64,000 bases of DNA from Deltaproteobacteria bacterium UBA6601 (GTDB lineage: Bacteria; Myxococcota_A; UBA796; UBA9615): positions 30,259-94,258 of the forward strand of contig DJIF01000150.1 in the NCBI GenBank assembly GCA_002433485.1, read 5' to 3'. Every line of letters starts with the position of its first letter. Within the stretch, counting starts at the first letter, position 1. Below the pieces are notes generated by a model. That model ran no database searches, was not told the origin of the DNA, and saw nothing but the letters and a program-made list of their open reading frames with translations. The position numbers were made by a program, and so were the translations under genes. Of the stretch, positions 36,918 to 46,907 are shown in pieces.

Positions 36918-38552
36918 ATGCGGTGGGGCAGCGCAGATACTTTCGTTAGCGATAATCCTTGGGCCTTTCGCATGGGTCGGCCCATTGCCAATGAGGGCTT
37001 CCTGCGGGCCTTGCTCGAGTACGGCAGCTACGACGAATACGACATCTACTGTACCGACATGAACAGTCAGGCCGCCTTTCAGGCCTGGCTTGAGGAGCAC
37101 TGCTCTGATCCTGCCCAGCGGGCCCGGGTAACCGCATTGCCACATGTCGCAATGGCCAGCAGATTGGCCCAACTGAACTATGACGTGTTTCATTTCGGTG
37201 ACTTCACTTCGTTGCTTCCGCACATGGTTGAGGCGCGCAACCGGCTCGCTTCCAAGCCCTTTCCGATCACGGGCATCACGCACTCCCTTGATGGTCTGTT
37301 GATGTCGACCCGCTACCAGCAGTTGGTCCTGTCTGATCTGGCGCCCTTTGATGCGGTGGTCTGCACCAGTGCTTGTGCTCAGCAGACGGTGCGCAAGGGG
37401 CTGGCCTGGGCTCGCAGCTCACTGGGCCTTGCCGAGGACTTCAGCCCAGTAAGTCTGGAGCGCGTGCCGCTGGCCATGGACGATGCCCTGCTACAGGTCC
37501 CTGAGCGGGCCGAGGCGAGAGCTCGTTTTGAGCTTCCTGACGATGTGGTGGTCGCTCTGTGTATTGGGCGGGTTGCATTGCGGCAGAAAGCCGATTGGGC
37601 GCCAATCCTGGGCAAGCTGGCGAGGATGCGAGCCGGTGGCGGCCTGGGGCGGGTTGTAGTGGTGATCGCTGGTGGTGGTGATGAGCCTGATTTTGCTCTT
37701 CTTCAACAGCTCATTGTTGCCCATGGTTTGCAGGACTCAGTGATCTGCCTGCCGAATTTTGCCGCGGAGCTGAAACCCTATCTCTATGCCGCCGCCGATT
37801 TCTATTTCTCCATGGTTGACAATTTCCAGGAGACCTTTGGCCTCACTCTGCTGGAGGCCATGGCAGCAGGCCTCCCAGTCCTCTGTTCAGAGTTTAACGG
37901 CTACCGTGAGCTTGTAACTCACGGCGAGACTGGACTGCTGGTGCCGACTACCTGGGTGGCCGAGTTGCCGAGCTTGTTTCGTAGCACTGAAGGACTCATT
38001 CAGGACTCCTTGATGAGGCTCTACATGGCTCAGATGGTCGCCATTGATCTGGATGAGTTCGAGCGATCTTTCCGCGAACTTGTGGTCAACGCCGAGCTTC
38101 GCCGCGAGCTGGGCGAGCGGGGTCGTCAGCACGCTGCTGGTTTCACCTGGCGTGCGACCATTGACCGTTACGAACAACTCTGGGAACGGCTGCGCAAGCG
38201 CATGACGGGTAGCTCCTGGAAGCCCAGGTCCGGACCGCCCCGGCTCAAGCAGGATCCCGCCCATGCCTATGGCCACTACAGCTCTAGTCTGCTCGGCCCT
38301 GAGCACAGCCTGGAGCTCTCTGAGTTGGGAAGGGCCTTGCTTGAGCAAAACAATCTTGTAGTCCGCTACGAGGACATGACAGTGCTGCTCTCGGACGCTG
38401 TGGAGGAGCAGATTCTTGGCGCGCTTGCTGGGGGGCCTTGCAGCCTGGCTCAGCTACGCGAAATCTGTCGCGAGGCGCTACAGACCGAAGCGGGTCTTGT
38501 GGACCTGCAGGTGCTATGGCTGCTCAAGCATGGAGCGCTGCGCCAGCGCTAA
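36918..38552 (+). CDS. GT4 glycosyltransferase with C-terminal extension
   Basis: DNFQETFGLTLLEAMAAGLPVLCSEFNGYRE (ExFGxxxxE motif); alternative start 36891. Confidence 0.88.
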   Translation: MRWGSADTFVSDNPWAFRMGRPIANEGFLRALLEYGSYDEYDIYCTDMNSQAAFQAWLEEHCSDPAQRARVTALPHVAMASRLAQLNYDVFHFGDFTSLLPHMVEARNRLASKPFPITGITHSLDGLLMSTRYQQLVLSDLAPFDAVVCTSACAQQTVRKGLAWARSSLGLAEDFSPVSLERVPLAMDDALLQVPERAEARARFELPDDVVVALCIGRVALRQKADWAPILGKLARMRAGGGLGRVVVVIAGGGDEPDFALLQQLIVAHGLQDSVICLPNFAAELKPYLYAAADFYFSMVDNFQETFGLTLLEAMAAGLPVLCSEFNGYRELVTHGETGLLVPTTWVAELPSLFRSTEGLIQDSLMRLYMAQMVAIDLDEFERSFRELVVNAELRRELGERGRQHAAGFTWRATIDRYEQLWERLRKRMTGSSWKPRSGPPRLKQDPAHAYGHYSSSLLGPEHSLELSELGRALLEQNNLVVRYEDMTVLLSDAVEEQILGALAGGPCSLAQLREICREALQTEAGLVDLQVLWLLKHGALRQR

Positions 38553-38688
38553 GTTGCACCGGTTTGCCAGCCGGACTCGGCTGCAGTTGCCTGTAGAAAA
38601 GCTGTTTTGCTCCGGTCGTGTTCAACCGTCCTCTTGCCGTGTATGGTGCCCGGCAGCGCGGTCCATTCCCCAATATTTGGAGTCCTTG

Positions 38689-39177
38689 GTGTCATCGTCT
38701 TCGTCACTGAGTGAACAGCTTCGTAGTAATTGGGCGCGATTGAGCCGACTGCCGATGGGGAAGTGGCTGTTCAGTCAGGGGGTCGGCCGGATGGCACCGT
38801 ATACGGGCACGATCGGTGCGCTTGTCGATGAACTTCGGCCCGGCTATGCGAGAGTGCTGCTCAAGGATCGTAAGAAGGTCCGTAATCACCTGCACTCGGT
38901 GCATGCCATCGCTTTGATGAACCTCGGTGAGGTGGCCACCGGTCTGGCGCTCATGTCGGCGATGCCAGATGACGCGCGGGGGATTCTGGCAGGACTATCG
39001 ATGGACTATCACAAGAAGGCCAGAGGCTGGCTTACAGCAGAGTGCAGCTGTGAGGTCCCGGAGACCAGCGAGCGTCGTGAGTATGAGATTCGTGGAGAGA
39101 TTACGGACAGCGCAGGGGATCTGGTGGCTACGGCCACGGCTCGCTGGTTGATTGGTCCGAGGCAGGCTAAAGATTGA
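38689..39177 (+). CDS. Hotdog-fold thioesterase (DUF4442/PaaI-like)
   Basis: APYTGTIG, NHLHSVHAIALMNLGE, DYHKKARG; GGAG RBS before GTG 38689. Confidence 0.85.
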   Translation: MSSSSSLSEQLRSNWARLSRLPMGKWLFSQGVGRMAPYTGTIGALVDELRPGYARVLLKDRKKVRNHLHSVHAIALMNLGEVATGLALMSAMPDDARGILAGLSMDYHKKARGWLTAECSCEVPETSERREYEIRGEITDSAGDLVATATARWLIGPRQAKD

Positions 39178-39235
39178 TTTATGTGGCGAGTACAGCGGAC
39201 TTCACCGCAGTACACCAGCACCAGCGGAGGTCGAT

Positions 39236-39745
39236 GTGGGCGATGAAGATGGGTCAGTGAGCGATGGCAAGGTGGTGATGTTTCACTACCTCCTCAAGAA
39301 CTCAGAGGGAGAAGTCCTCGACAGCTCCGATGGTGCGGATCCGCTGGTTTATCTGCATGGCGCCGGCAACATTGTCCCGGGGCTTGAAGAAGAGCTTCTC
39401 GGTAAGACTGTGGGTGACAAGATGTCGGTCATTGTGCCCCCTGAGAAGGCCTACGGGGTCCGCGGTGGTCCAGGCCCTCAGCCGGTTGAGCGTTCCGCCT
39501 TTCCGGCTGATGTAGAGTTGAGCGCGGGTATGCAGTTCTTTGCCGAGGCACCGGACGGTTCGCCGCTGGCCCTGTGGATCGTGGAATTAAGTGATGACAA
39601 GGTCATGGTTGATGCCAATCACCCCCTGGCCGGGGTCACCTTGCACTTTGATGTGGAGATCACCGGACTACGGGACGCTACTGACGAAGAGCGCGAGCAT
39701 GGCCACCCCCATGGCCCTGATGGCGCCGCGGCACACCATGATTAA
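39236..39745 (+). CDS. slyD: FKBP-type peptidyl-prolyl isomerase SlyD
   Basis: [27 protein letters not shown], His-rich tail; GGAGG RBS. Confidence 0.92.
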   Translation: MGDEDGSVSDGKVVMFHYLLKNSEGEVLDSSDGADPLVYLHGAGNIVPGLEEELLGKTVGDKMSVIVPPEKAYGVRGGPGPQPVERSAFPADVELSAGMQFFAEAPDGSPLALWIVELSDDKVMVDANHPLAGVTLHFDVEITGLRDATDEEREHGHPHGPDGAAAHHD

Positions 39746-39756
39746 GGAGCGATGCT

Positions 39757-40158
39757 GTGACCAGCAGGGATACTAAGGATTGGAGTGATGAGCAGTGGCG
39801 TGAGCATCTGGAACCGGAGGCTTATCGAATCCTCCGCCAGAAAGGAACTGAGCGCCCCTTCACCGGTAACTATTGGAACACCACCAAGCCAGGGCTCTAT
39901 CGTTGCGCTGGTTGCGGTGTAGCTCTGTTCCGAGCGGAGGCCAAGTTCAATTCCCACTGTGGCTGGCCCTCATTCTTTGAGCCTGTAGCTGAGGATGTGA
40001 TCACTGAGCATCAAGACTCTAGCCACGGAATGGAGCGAGTGGAGACTGTGTGCAGCCGTTGCGGTGGACACCTGGGACATGTTTTTGAAGACGGCCCAGC
40101 TCCAACCGGATTGCGCTATTGCATCAACAGCGCAGCCCTTGATCTCAGTGAAGATTGA
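39757..40158 (+). CDS. msrB: Peptide-methionine (R)-S-oxide reductase MsrB (Zn-binding, Cys form)
   Basis: [37 protein letters not shown]; AAGGAG RBS. Confidence 0.96.
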   Translation: MTSRDTKDWSDEQWREHLEPEAYRILRQKGTERPFTGNYWNTTKPGLYRCAGCGVALFRAEAKFNSHCGWPSFFEPVAEDVITEHQDSSHGMERVETVCSRCGGHLGHVFEDGPAPTGLRYCINSAALDLSED

Positions 40159-40223
40159 GTCCATTTGAGTCTTGTTGGTGGGTGCTATCAACCTGTGAAT
40201 GACGGGGTCGCATCAGCCAGAAC

Positions 40224-40265
40224 CACAAATAGCCGCTGAGCCTTAAGGCTCAGCGGCAATCTGTG
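40224..40265. terminator. Probable intrinsic (possibly bidirectional) terminator between convergent msrB and RRM genes
   Basis: Perfect 26-bp palindrome GCCGCTGAGCCTTAAGGCTCAGCGGC (40232-40257) with imperfect extension; minus-strand tail TATTTGTGGTT. Confidence 0.7.
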
Positions 40266-40324
40266 TGATGTTCTTCTTGGCCGCTTTGCTGCCAGGCAGC
40301 GCGCCAAAATGGACCGAGGTGCTG

Positions 40325-40648
40325 TTACCAGCGACCGCCGCCACCACCTCCTCGGTGCCCGCCGCCTCCGCCACGGGGACCGCGTCCACCACCGCCACCA
40401 CCACGCTCAGTGGCTTGGTCGACGCGAATTGAGCGTCCATCAAGCTCGGTACCGTGGAGCTCGCTCTGTGCAGTTGCAGCACTGTCGGATTCGGCGAAGG
40501 TTACGAACCCGAATCCTCGGGAACGTCCAGTGTCACGGTCGGTGATCACCTTGGCGTCTGTTACTTCACCAAAGGCTTCAAAGTGTGCACGTAGTGAATC
40601 GTCTGAGGTGGCCCAGGCGAGACCGCCTACGAAAAGCTTATTACCCAT
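40325..40648 (-). CDS. RRM RNA-binding protein with Gly/Arg-rich tail
   Basis: RNP2 LFVGGL, RNP1 RGFGFVTF, GGGGRG tail. Confidence 0.95.
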   Translation of the reverse strand: MGNKLFVGGLAWATSDDSLRAHFEAFGEVTDAKVITDRDTGRSRGFGFVTFAESDSAATAQSELHGTELDGRSIRVDQATERGGGGGGRGPRGGGGGHRGGGGGGRW

Positions 40649-40831
40649 CTTGTCTTCTGACTCTCTCATGGTGCATTCCCCACCGCTCAATCGAACCCCG
40701 CTGAGCGATTTGGATATGCGAAACTTCGGGAGTGTAGATAGGAATCGTCTGCGGGTCTATCGCTTGAGGGCCAAAAAGTAGCTCCGTTGCAAAAATGTCC
40801 TTCATCATTGGGCGCGATAGCGGCCAGGACC

Positions 40832-42457
40832 TTACCCCATAAATGGGTAGCGGTAGTCGTTTGGGGGCAGCAGATTTTCCTTTATGGTCCGCACTGAAGT
40901 CCAACGCATCAGGTTTTCGGCAGAGCCGGCTTTGTCGTTGGTTCCCGAGGCGCGACTGCCGCCAAACGGTTGTTGACCGACCACAGCCCCGGTGGGTTTG
41001 TCGTTGATGTAGAAGTTGCCGGCGCTGTGGCGCAGTTTGGCGGCGGCCACGCTTACTGCGTAGCGGTCGCGGGCAAAAATCGCTCCGGTCAGGGCGTAAG
41101 GTGAGGTTGCGTCGCAGCTGGCAAGGGTCTCTTCAAACTGTGCGTCCGGATATACAAAGATGGTCAGCACGGGCCCAAAGATTTCCTCTTCCATGAGCTT
41201 GAAGTGGGGGTCGCTGGTGACCACTACGGTCGGTTCGATGAACCATCCGCGGCGGTCATCACAGCCGCCGCCGTGCAGAATCTCTGCATCTGCACTGGTC
41301 TTAGCGAAGTCGATGTAGCTGCGGATGTTCTCCCAGGCGGCTTGGTCGATCACTGCGCCCATGAAGTTGCTGTAGTCTTCCACATCGCCAATTTTGACTG
41401 TCGCCAGGTCAGTGAGAAGGCGGTCTCGAATGGCCGGCCAAAGGCTTTCTGGGAGGTAGGCCCTGGAGGCTGCCGAGCACTTCTGCCCTTGGAACTCAAA
41501 GGCCCCTCGAAGTAGGGCTACTGCAACTTGTTCAGGCTGGGCGCTGCTGTGGGCGAAGACGAAGTCTTTGCCGCCGGTCTCACCAACGATACGAGGGTAT
41601 GCTCGGTAGTTGGCGATGTTGTCGCCAATGGCTTTCCACATGCCTTGAAAGACCGGAGTTGAGCCGGTGAAGTGGACGCCAGCCAGCTGGGGATGGGCGA
41701 TGGCAGGTCCTCCCACTTGGGAGCCGGAGCCAGGCAGGAAGTTGATGACCCCTGGCGGCACCCCGGCTTCTTCGAACAACTTGAAGAGATACCAGCCCGA
41801 GAATACCGAGCTGGAGGCGGGCTTCCAGAGCACTGTATTGCCCATCATCGCCGGAGCAGTGGACAGGTTTCCGGCAATGGAGGTGAAGTTGAAAGGAGTT
41901 ACCGCAAAGATAAATCCTTCCAGTGCGCGGTATTCGACCGAGTTCCAGACGCCTGGGTTGGAGCCCGGCTGTCGGGCATAGATCTCCATCATGTAGTGGG
42001 CGTTGAAGCGCAGGAAGTCAATGTACTCGCAGGCCGAGTCGATCTCAGCCTGGTGACAGGTCTTGCTCTGTCCCAGCATGGTCGAAGCGTTGAGCAACAT
42101 GCGGTAGGGCCCGGCGAGCAGCTCGGCCATGCGTAGGAAGATGCCAGCTCGCGTGTGCCAGCTCATCTCGGACCACTGTTGCCAGGCCTCGTTCGCTGCG
42201 GTCACTGCCTGGGCAACTTCCTCAGCGCCAGCTTTGTGATAGCGAGCCAGGAGGTGGCCGTGGTCGTGGGGGATGCGGCATTCGCCGAGGTTCCCGGTGC
42301 GAATCTGCTGGCCGCCGATGACCAGCGGAATGTCGAGCACTTCGCTCTTCATGCGCTTCAGCTCGGCTTCTAGTCGAGCTCTCTCCGGGCTGGCTGGTGC
42401 GTAACTGAGGACCGGCTCATTAACGGGAGTAGGGACCTTGGGAATGCTGTTTGCCAT
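40832..42457 (-). CDS. pruA: L-glutamate gamma-semialdehyde (P5C) dehydrogenase
   Basis: NEPVLSYAP, PFNFTSI, FTGST, GETGGKD, FEFQGQKCSA, EEIFGP, GTNDKAGS; GGAGGAG RBS. Confidence 0.95.
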   Translation of the reverse strand: MANSIPKVPTPVNEPVLSYAPASPERARLEAELKRMKSEVLDIPLVIGGQQIRTGNLGECRIPHDHGHLLARYHKAGAEEVAQAVTAANEAWQQWSEMSWHTRAGIFLRMAELLAGPYRMLLNASTMLGQSKTCHQAEIDSACEYIDFLRFNAHYMMEIYARQPGSNPGVWNSVEYRALEGFIFAVTPFNFTSIAGNLSTAPAMMGNTVLWKPASSSVFSGWYLFKLFEEAGVPPGVINFLPGSGSQVGGPAIAHPQLAGVHFTGSTPVFQGMWKAIGDNIANYRAYPRIVGETGGKDFVFAHSSAQPEQVAVALLRGAFEFQGQKCSAASRAYLPESLWPAIRDRLLTDLATVKIGDVEDYSNFMGAVIDQAAWENIRSYIDFAKTSADAEILHGGGCDDRRGWFIEPTVVVTSDPHFKLMEEEIFGPVLTIFVYPDAQFEETLASCDATSPYALTGAIFARDRYAVSVAAAKLRHSAGNFYINDKPTGAVVGQQPFGGSRASGTNDKAGSAENLMRWTSVRTIKENLLPPNDYRYPFMG

Positions 42458-42629
42458 GGGGCAGCTCCTCCATCGGTTCGTTGGGGCAGAGAGGGAAGCT
42501 TCGTTTAGCCCGATTCCCTCAGGACAGCAATCCCGCCCTTATCACTTGTTGAGCTGCCAACATGAGTGAGTCAGCCCTGCGCCTCTATACCAGCCAACCG
42601 TGGGCACCCGGCGCTCTGTTGTTGTTACA

Positions 42630-44165
42630 TCAAGGGCCGCTCAGCTCGAACACTTCATAGTGTTGATCTTCAAAGACCAGCTGAGCCCTCGGATCTTGGC
42701 GCGCTGCTGTGCTCAAGCTGGCGAATGGAGGGACTTTCCAGATGGTCACAAAGCGTGCTTGAAAACGGGACTTGATCGTCGATATAGGGTCCGGGTCCGC
42801 GCCGGTTATGGTTGCCGCATAGGCCGAGAATAGTGCCGGGTCCGCGGCGAACAGGAAGGTTGGGTCCAGTGCCACCAGGCTGCGCAGCTGCGGAGCGAAC
42901 CAGAGTAGCGGGGCAGAGTCGCCCCACTGGGCGGTGTAGACCAGATCTCCTGGTGTTCCGTTCTTGGCCAGCCAACGGGCCATCAGCTCTGGCGGCGCCT
43001 CTTCGCTGATCCATTGGTTAGCTAGGCGGTGCGTGTTAGCGGCACCCAGCAGCAGGGCCAGCCCTGCTAGTGCAAGGAGCGCCCTGCCGGTGTGAAAGAC
43101 CTTGTCGCGAAACTGCGCTGCCTGCACCAGGGTCGCGCCCAGAGCGAGCAGGCTTAAGGGGCCTGAAAGCTCCCACATCCTGCGCATTAAGGTGATGGCC
43201 AGCAGGGTAAAGATCAGTGCTGCTGTGGCGGTGGTGATGGTCGCCCGGCTGCGTAGCTGCGGCCTGGTGGCCAGTGCTGTTGCTGTAGCACCCAACACCA
43301 ACAATCCAGGCAGATTGCTCAAGACCTCGGGCAGAGTGCTGGGCATCAGCTCACCGCCGAGAGCCGCCGATAGTGCGGTCTCGCCAGCAGCCGAGGCGCC
43401 CAGTGGGACCGTGACGTTTTGCAGCCACAGCACTTCAAAGTTCAGCGGCAGGTTGGGATGTAGCAATTGACCCGTCAGCCAGCCCCCCAGTGCAGCTCCG
43501 AGGGGCTGCAGCTGAAGCTGCCGCGGCTGCCCGGGCAGGTTCAAAAGGGAAGTCATGCAATACAGCGCGGCAAATCCCACTGTGAGCCAGCCTCCAGAGT
43601 GAAACAAGCCGTGCGCCCCAGCCACCAGGAACAGTGCAGCAAGTCTGCTCTGCCGGGAGCAAAGGAGTCCCAGCGCCAGGATCGAGAAGGCGATGGTGAA
43701 GCTGTGCGGTCGGCACATGGACAGCCTCACAGCTAGAGGTGGCCCAACGCTGCATAGGCCCAGCACCAACAGTGGTGCCAGTGGGCTGCGCCAGCTCCAG
43801 AGCACCCCAGCGAGAGCTGCCACTACAGCGAGCTGACCGAGTAAGGCGCCCAGCTGTCCGGCACTCACCAGATCAAGTTGGGTAAGGGGCATTAGCAGGG
43901 CGTGAAACAGCAACTCTTTGTCGGCGAAGCGCTCAGCGAACAAGGAATAGGGCGTCCAGGGGAAGCGCTCAAGCGGCCCTGAGTTCAGCATCTCTCTCGC
44001 GACCGCAAGATGGTAGTAGACGTCGACTCCACGTACTACCTCAAGCCGTAACTGGAAGCGGGAAAGAAAGGCCACGGTCAGGACTGAAGAGAGCAGCAGC
44101 AGCAGGCGTCCTGGCCCGGCAGCCTGGTGCTCGGCTGCTGTGTAGCGCTGTTCAGTCGGGTCCAC
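42630..44165 (-). CDS. Polytopic membrane protein, possible GT-C-fold glycosyltransferase
   Basis: DVYYH after TM1, FADKELLFH, RPH, many TM helices, soluble C-terminus with LDPTF. Confidence 0.6.
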   Translation of the reverse strand: MDPTEQRYTAAEHQAAGPGRLLLLLSSVLTVAFLSRFQLRLEVVRGVDVYYHLAVAREMLNSGPLERFPWTPYSLFAERFADKELLFHALLMPLTQLDLVSAGQLGALLGQLAVVAALAGVLWSWRSPLAPLLVLGLCSVGPPLAVRLSMCRPHSFTIAFSILALGLLCSRQSRLAALFLVAGAHGLFHSGGWLTVGFAALYCMTSLLNLPGQPRQLQLQPLGAALGGWLTGQLLHPNLPLNFEVLWLQNVTVPLGASAAGETALSAALGGELMPSTLPEVLSNLPGLLVLGATATALATRPQLRSRATITTATAALIFTLLAITLMRRMWELSGPLSLLALGATLVQAAQFRDKVFHTGRALLALAGLALLLGAANTHRLANQWISEEAPPELMARWLAKNGTPGDLVYTAQWGDSAPLLWFAPQLRSLVALDPTFLFAADPALFSAYAATITGADPDPISTIKSRFQARFVTIWKVPPFASLSTAARQDPRAQLVFEDQHYEVFELSGP

Positions 44166-44224
44166 AGCGGGCAGTATAGGAGCCCTGCCGGGACTTCGGT
44201 GCTCGTCCAGGAAGGAGGGAACCT

Positions 44225-46867
44225 ATGCGGCCCTGGGTGGTTCTCAAATTTGGCGGGACCTCGGTTGCCACTGCGCGCTGCTGGGAAACAGTCGCTGCCC
44301 GGGTTGGACAGCTGGTTCCCAAACGGCGGGTCTGGATCGTTGCTTCGGCCCTCTCGGGAGTCTCTAATTACCTCGAAGAGGCACTCCGCCAAGCTGCTGC
44401 TGGAGAGGGGATTGCGGCCCTTGCACCAATTCGAGACGCTCATGTGCAGCTGGCCAGGGATATGGGTCTTCCCGAGCAAGAATTTGTACCGATCGCGGAG
44501 CTTTTTAGCGAGCTTGAGCGCCTGCTGGAGGGGATCCGCCTGACTCGTGAAGCATCGCCCCGCCTACGAGCTCGGGTGATGTCCTTTGGTGAACTGGCGT
44601 CTACCTATCTTGGTGCAGCGGCCCTCGCGCATCACGGTATTGGTTGCCGCCGCCTGGATGCACGCGACCTACTCACCAGCATCCAAGAGGTTGGCGAGGC
44701 TGAGGCAGCTCGCTTTCTCGCAGCTCGAGTTGAGCCATTGCAGGACTTAGAAGCTGCTGAACAGATGGCTCAGGGTAGCGAAGTAGTCATTACTCAGGGC
44801 TTCATCGTGCGCACTCCGCGCGGTGAAACCGCCCTGTTGGGGCGAGGCGGGAGTGACACCTCTGCTGCGCTCTTTGCGGCGCTCCTTGGTGCTGAGAAGC
44901 TTGAGATCTGGACAGACGTACACGGCCTTTTCACCACCGATCCTCGCCAGCTCCCGGCCGCTCGACTGATTCGTCGCATCAGCTATCGAGAAGCACAGGA
45001 GTTGGCGGCTATGGGAGCACGGGTGCTTCATCCTCGTTGCTTGGGTCCGGCCGCATGGGCCGCAATTCCGATAGAGATTCGCAACACTGCGGACCCTGAG
45101 ACTGAAGGCACCCGGATCGGTCCCGCCGAGGACTCCAATGCGGCGGTGATGGCCGTTGTACGGCGAACTGGAGTTACCTTGCTCAGCGTCTCGACCCTCG
45201 CGATGTGGGGTGCACCGGGCTTCTTGGCGCGAGTCTTCGCGCCTTTTGCGGAGCTCGGCATCTCAGTGGATCTTGTCGCCACCTCCCAGTCGGCTGTGAG
45301 CGTGACCCTAGATGAGATCCCTGAAGGCATAGAAGGCGAGCCATTTGCGGCCTTGCTTGAAAAGCTCGCTGCGCTCGGCGAGGTCGAGGTCGTGCATCCC
45401 AGCGCAGTTGTGTCGATCGTGGGACGACGGATTCGGACCGTCCTCCACCAGCTTGGTGCGGCATTCTCGGTCTTCCGTGAGCATGAAGTCCACCTTGTAA
45501 GTGAGTCATCGGAAGATCTTAATCTGAGCTTCGTGGTCAGCGAAGAGCGGGCGCCGCGGCTGTTGGCTGAACTCCACGCCAGGCTGCTTCCTCGTCAGGG
45601 AGAGGAACAGTTGTTTGGCCCCTCCTGGGAGGTCCTTGGCGCCACAGCGCGTGGGCAATCAGATCAGAACCTTCAACAGGTCTCAAGCAGCAAGCCAGCA
45701 GTACAGGACAATGTTCCTGCTGAGACTGATCTTTCAACTCACTTAAGGTGGTGGCGTGAGCGCCGTGAGGAGCTGCTTGATCTTTGCTCTGATGGTCGGG
45801 CTCGCTATGTCTATGAGGTCGCCTCTGTAGAGCGTCAGGCCGGTAAGCTGCGGACCATGGTCCCTGCCGTGGGGAAATTCTTCTATGCAATGAAGGCCAA
45901 TCCCCATCAGGCAATTCTGCGCTGCCTGGCCGAACAGGGTTTTGGAATGGAGTGTGTGTCGCTGGCTGAAGTACAGCGGGTGAGGAGCCTGCTCGGTCCT
46001 GAGGTGCCCATTCTGTTTACGCCGAACTTCTGTCCCATAGAGGAGTTTGAGGGAGCCTTTGAGTTGGGAGCTGAGGTGACCGTGGACGGCCCCGAGGTTC
46101 TCCTTCAGCGCCCCGACCTGTTTGCTGGCCGCGAGCTTGCGCTACGGGTGGACCCCGGACATGGGATGGGGCATCACGAGAAGGTTCGCACAGCGGGTGC
46201 TCACGCGAAGTTCGGCTACCCCGTCGCTGAGGTTGAGGCCTTTGCTGTGCAGACCCGTGAGCTGGGCGTGAAGGTGGTCGGGCTCCATGCCCATGTGGGT
46301 AGTGGCATCCTGGATCCTGGAGCATGGGATCGCACAGGGGCTCTACTTGCCGCCGTTGGTGAGAGCTTTCCTGAGCTGCGCTGGGTTGATGTAGGTGGCG
46401 GTCTTGGGGTGGTCGAGCGTGCGGGTCAGCAACCCCTTGACCTTCAGCTACTTAATGAAGGGCTTTCCGCGGTGTTTGCGCAGCGGCCAGGCGTCGAACT
46501 AAGGATGGAGCCCGGGCGATATCTGGTCAGTGGAGCTGGAGTTCTGCTGGCTCCAGTCACCCAGGTTAGACGCAAAGGGCAGGTCCGCTTTGTTGGTCTT
46601 GCCACCGGCATGAACTCGCTGCTCCGCCCGGCGCTGTATGGCTCCTGGCACGACATTCACAATTTGACTCGCCTGGACTCAGCTCCGGCTGGTTATTGGC
46701 ATGTTGTGGGGCCTATTTGCGAGAGCGGCGATGTGCTGGGCCGAGATCGGCTGTTGCCCGAGACCCGGCCCGGTGATGTGCTGCTTATTGATAACTGCGG
46801 GGCTTATGGCGCGGTTATGGCTTCTCGCTACAACCTGCGGGAGCCAGCTGAGGAGCAGCTCCTATAG
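44225..46867 (+). CDS. lysAC: Bifunctional aspartate kinase / diaminopimelate decarboxylase
   Basis: KFGGTSV, LGRGGSDTSA, WTDV, ACT region; then YAMKAN, HAHVGSG, DVGGG, EPGRY, GPICESGD, GAYG. Confidence 0.94.
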   Translation: MRPWVVLKFGGTSVATARCWETVAARVGQLVPKRRVWIVASALSGVSNYLEEALRQAAAGEGIAALAPIRDAHVQLARDMGLPEQEFVPIAELFSELERLLEGIRLTREASPRLRARVMSFGELASTYLGAAALAHHGIGCRRLDARDLLTSIQEVGEAEAARFLAARVEPLQDLEAAEQMAQGSEVVITQGFIVRTPRGETALLGRGGSDTSAALFAALLGAEKLEIWTDVHGLFTTDPRQLPAARLIRRISYREAQELAAMGARVLHPRCLGPAAWAAIPIEIRNTADPETEGTRIGPAEDSNAAVMAVVRRTGVTLLSVSTLAMWGAPGFLARVFAPFAELGISVDLVATSQSAVSVTLDEIPEGIEGEPFAALLEKLAALGEVEVVHPSAVVSIVGRRIRTVLHQLGAAFSVFREHEVHLVSESSEDLNLSFVVSEERAPRLLAELHARLLPRQGEEQLFGPSWEVLGATARGQSDQNLQQVSSSKPAVQDNVPAETDLSTHLRWWRERREELLDLCSDGRARYVYEVASVERQAGKLRTMVPAVGKFFYAMKANPHQAILRCLAEQGFGMECVSLAEVQRVRSLLGPEVPILFTPNFCPIEEFEGAFELGAEVTVDGPEVLLQRPDLFAGRELALRVDPGHGMGHHEKVRTAGAHAKFGYPVAEVEAFAVQTRELGVKVVGLHAHVGSGILDPGAWDRTGALLAAVGESFPELRWVDVGGGLGVVERAGQQPLDLQLLNEGLSAVFAQRPGVELRMEPGRYLVSGAGVLLAPVTQVRRKGQVRFVGLATGMNSLLRPALYGSWHDIHNLTRLDSAPAGYWHVVGPICESGDVLGRDRLLPETRPGDVLLIDNCGAYGAVMASRYNLREPAEEQLL

Positions 46868-46907
46868 CCTGTATTAGCTGTGCCCCTATCTGTTAGGCTC
46901 GGGCCCC

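Noticed and set aside
39757-40158. MsrB as a second selenoprotein
   Set aside because: The catalytic residue is encoded as Cys (RYCINS); no in-frame TGA.
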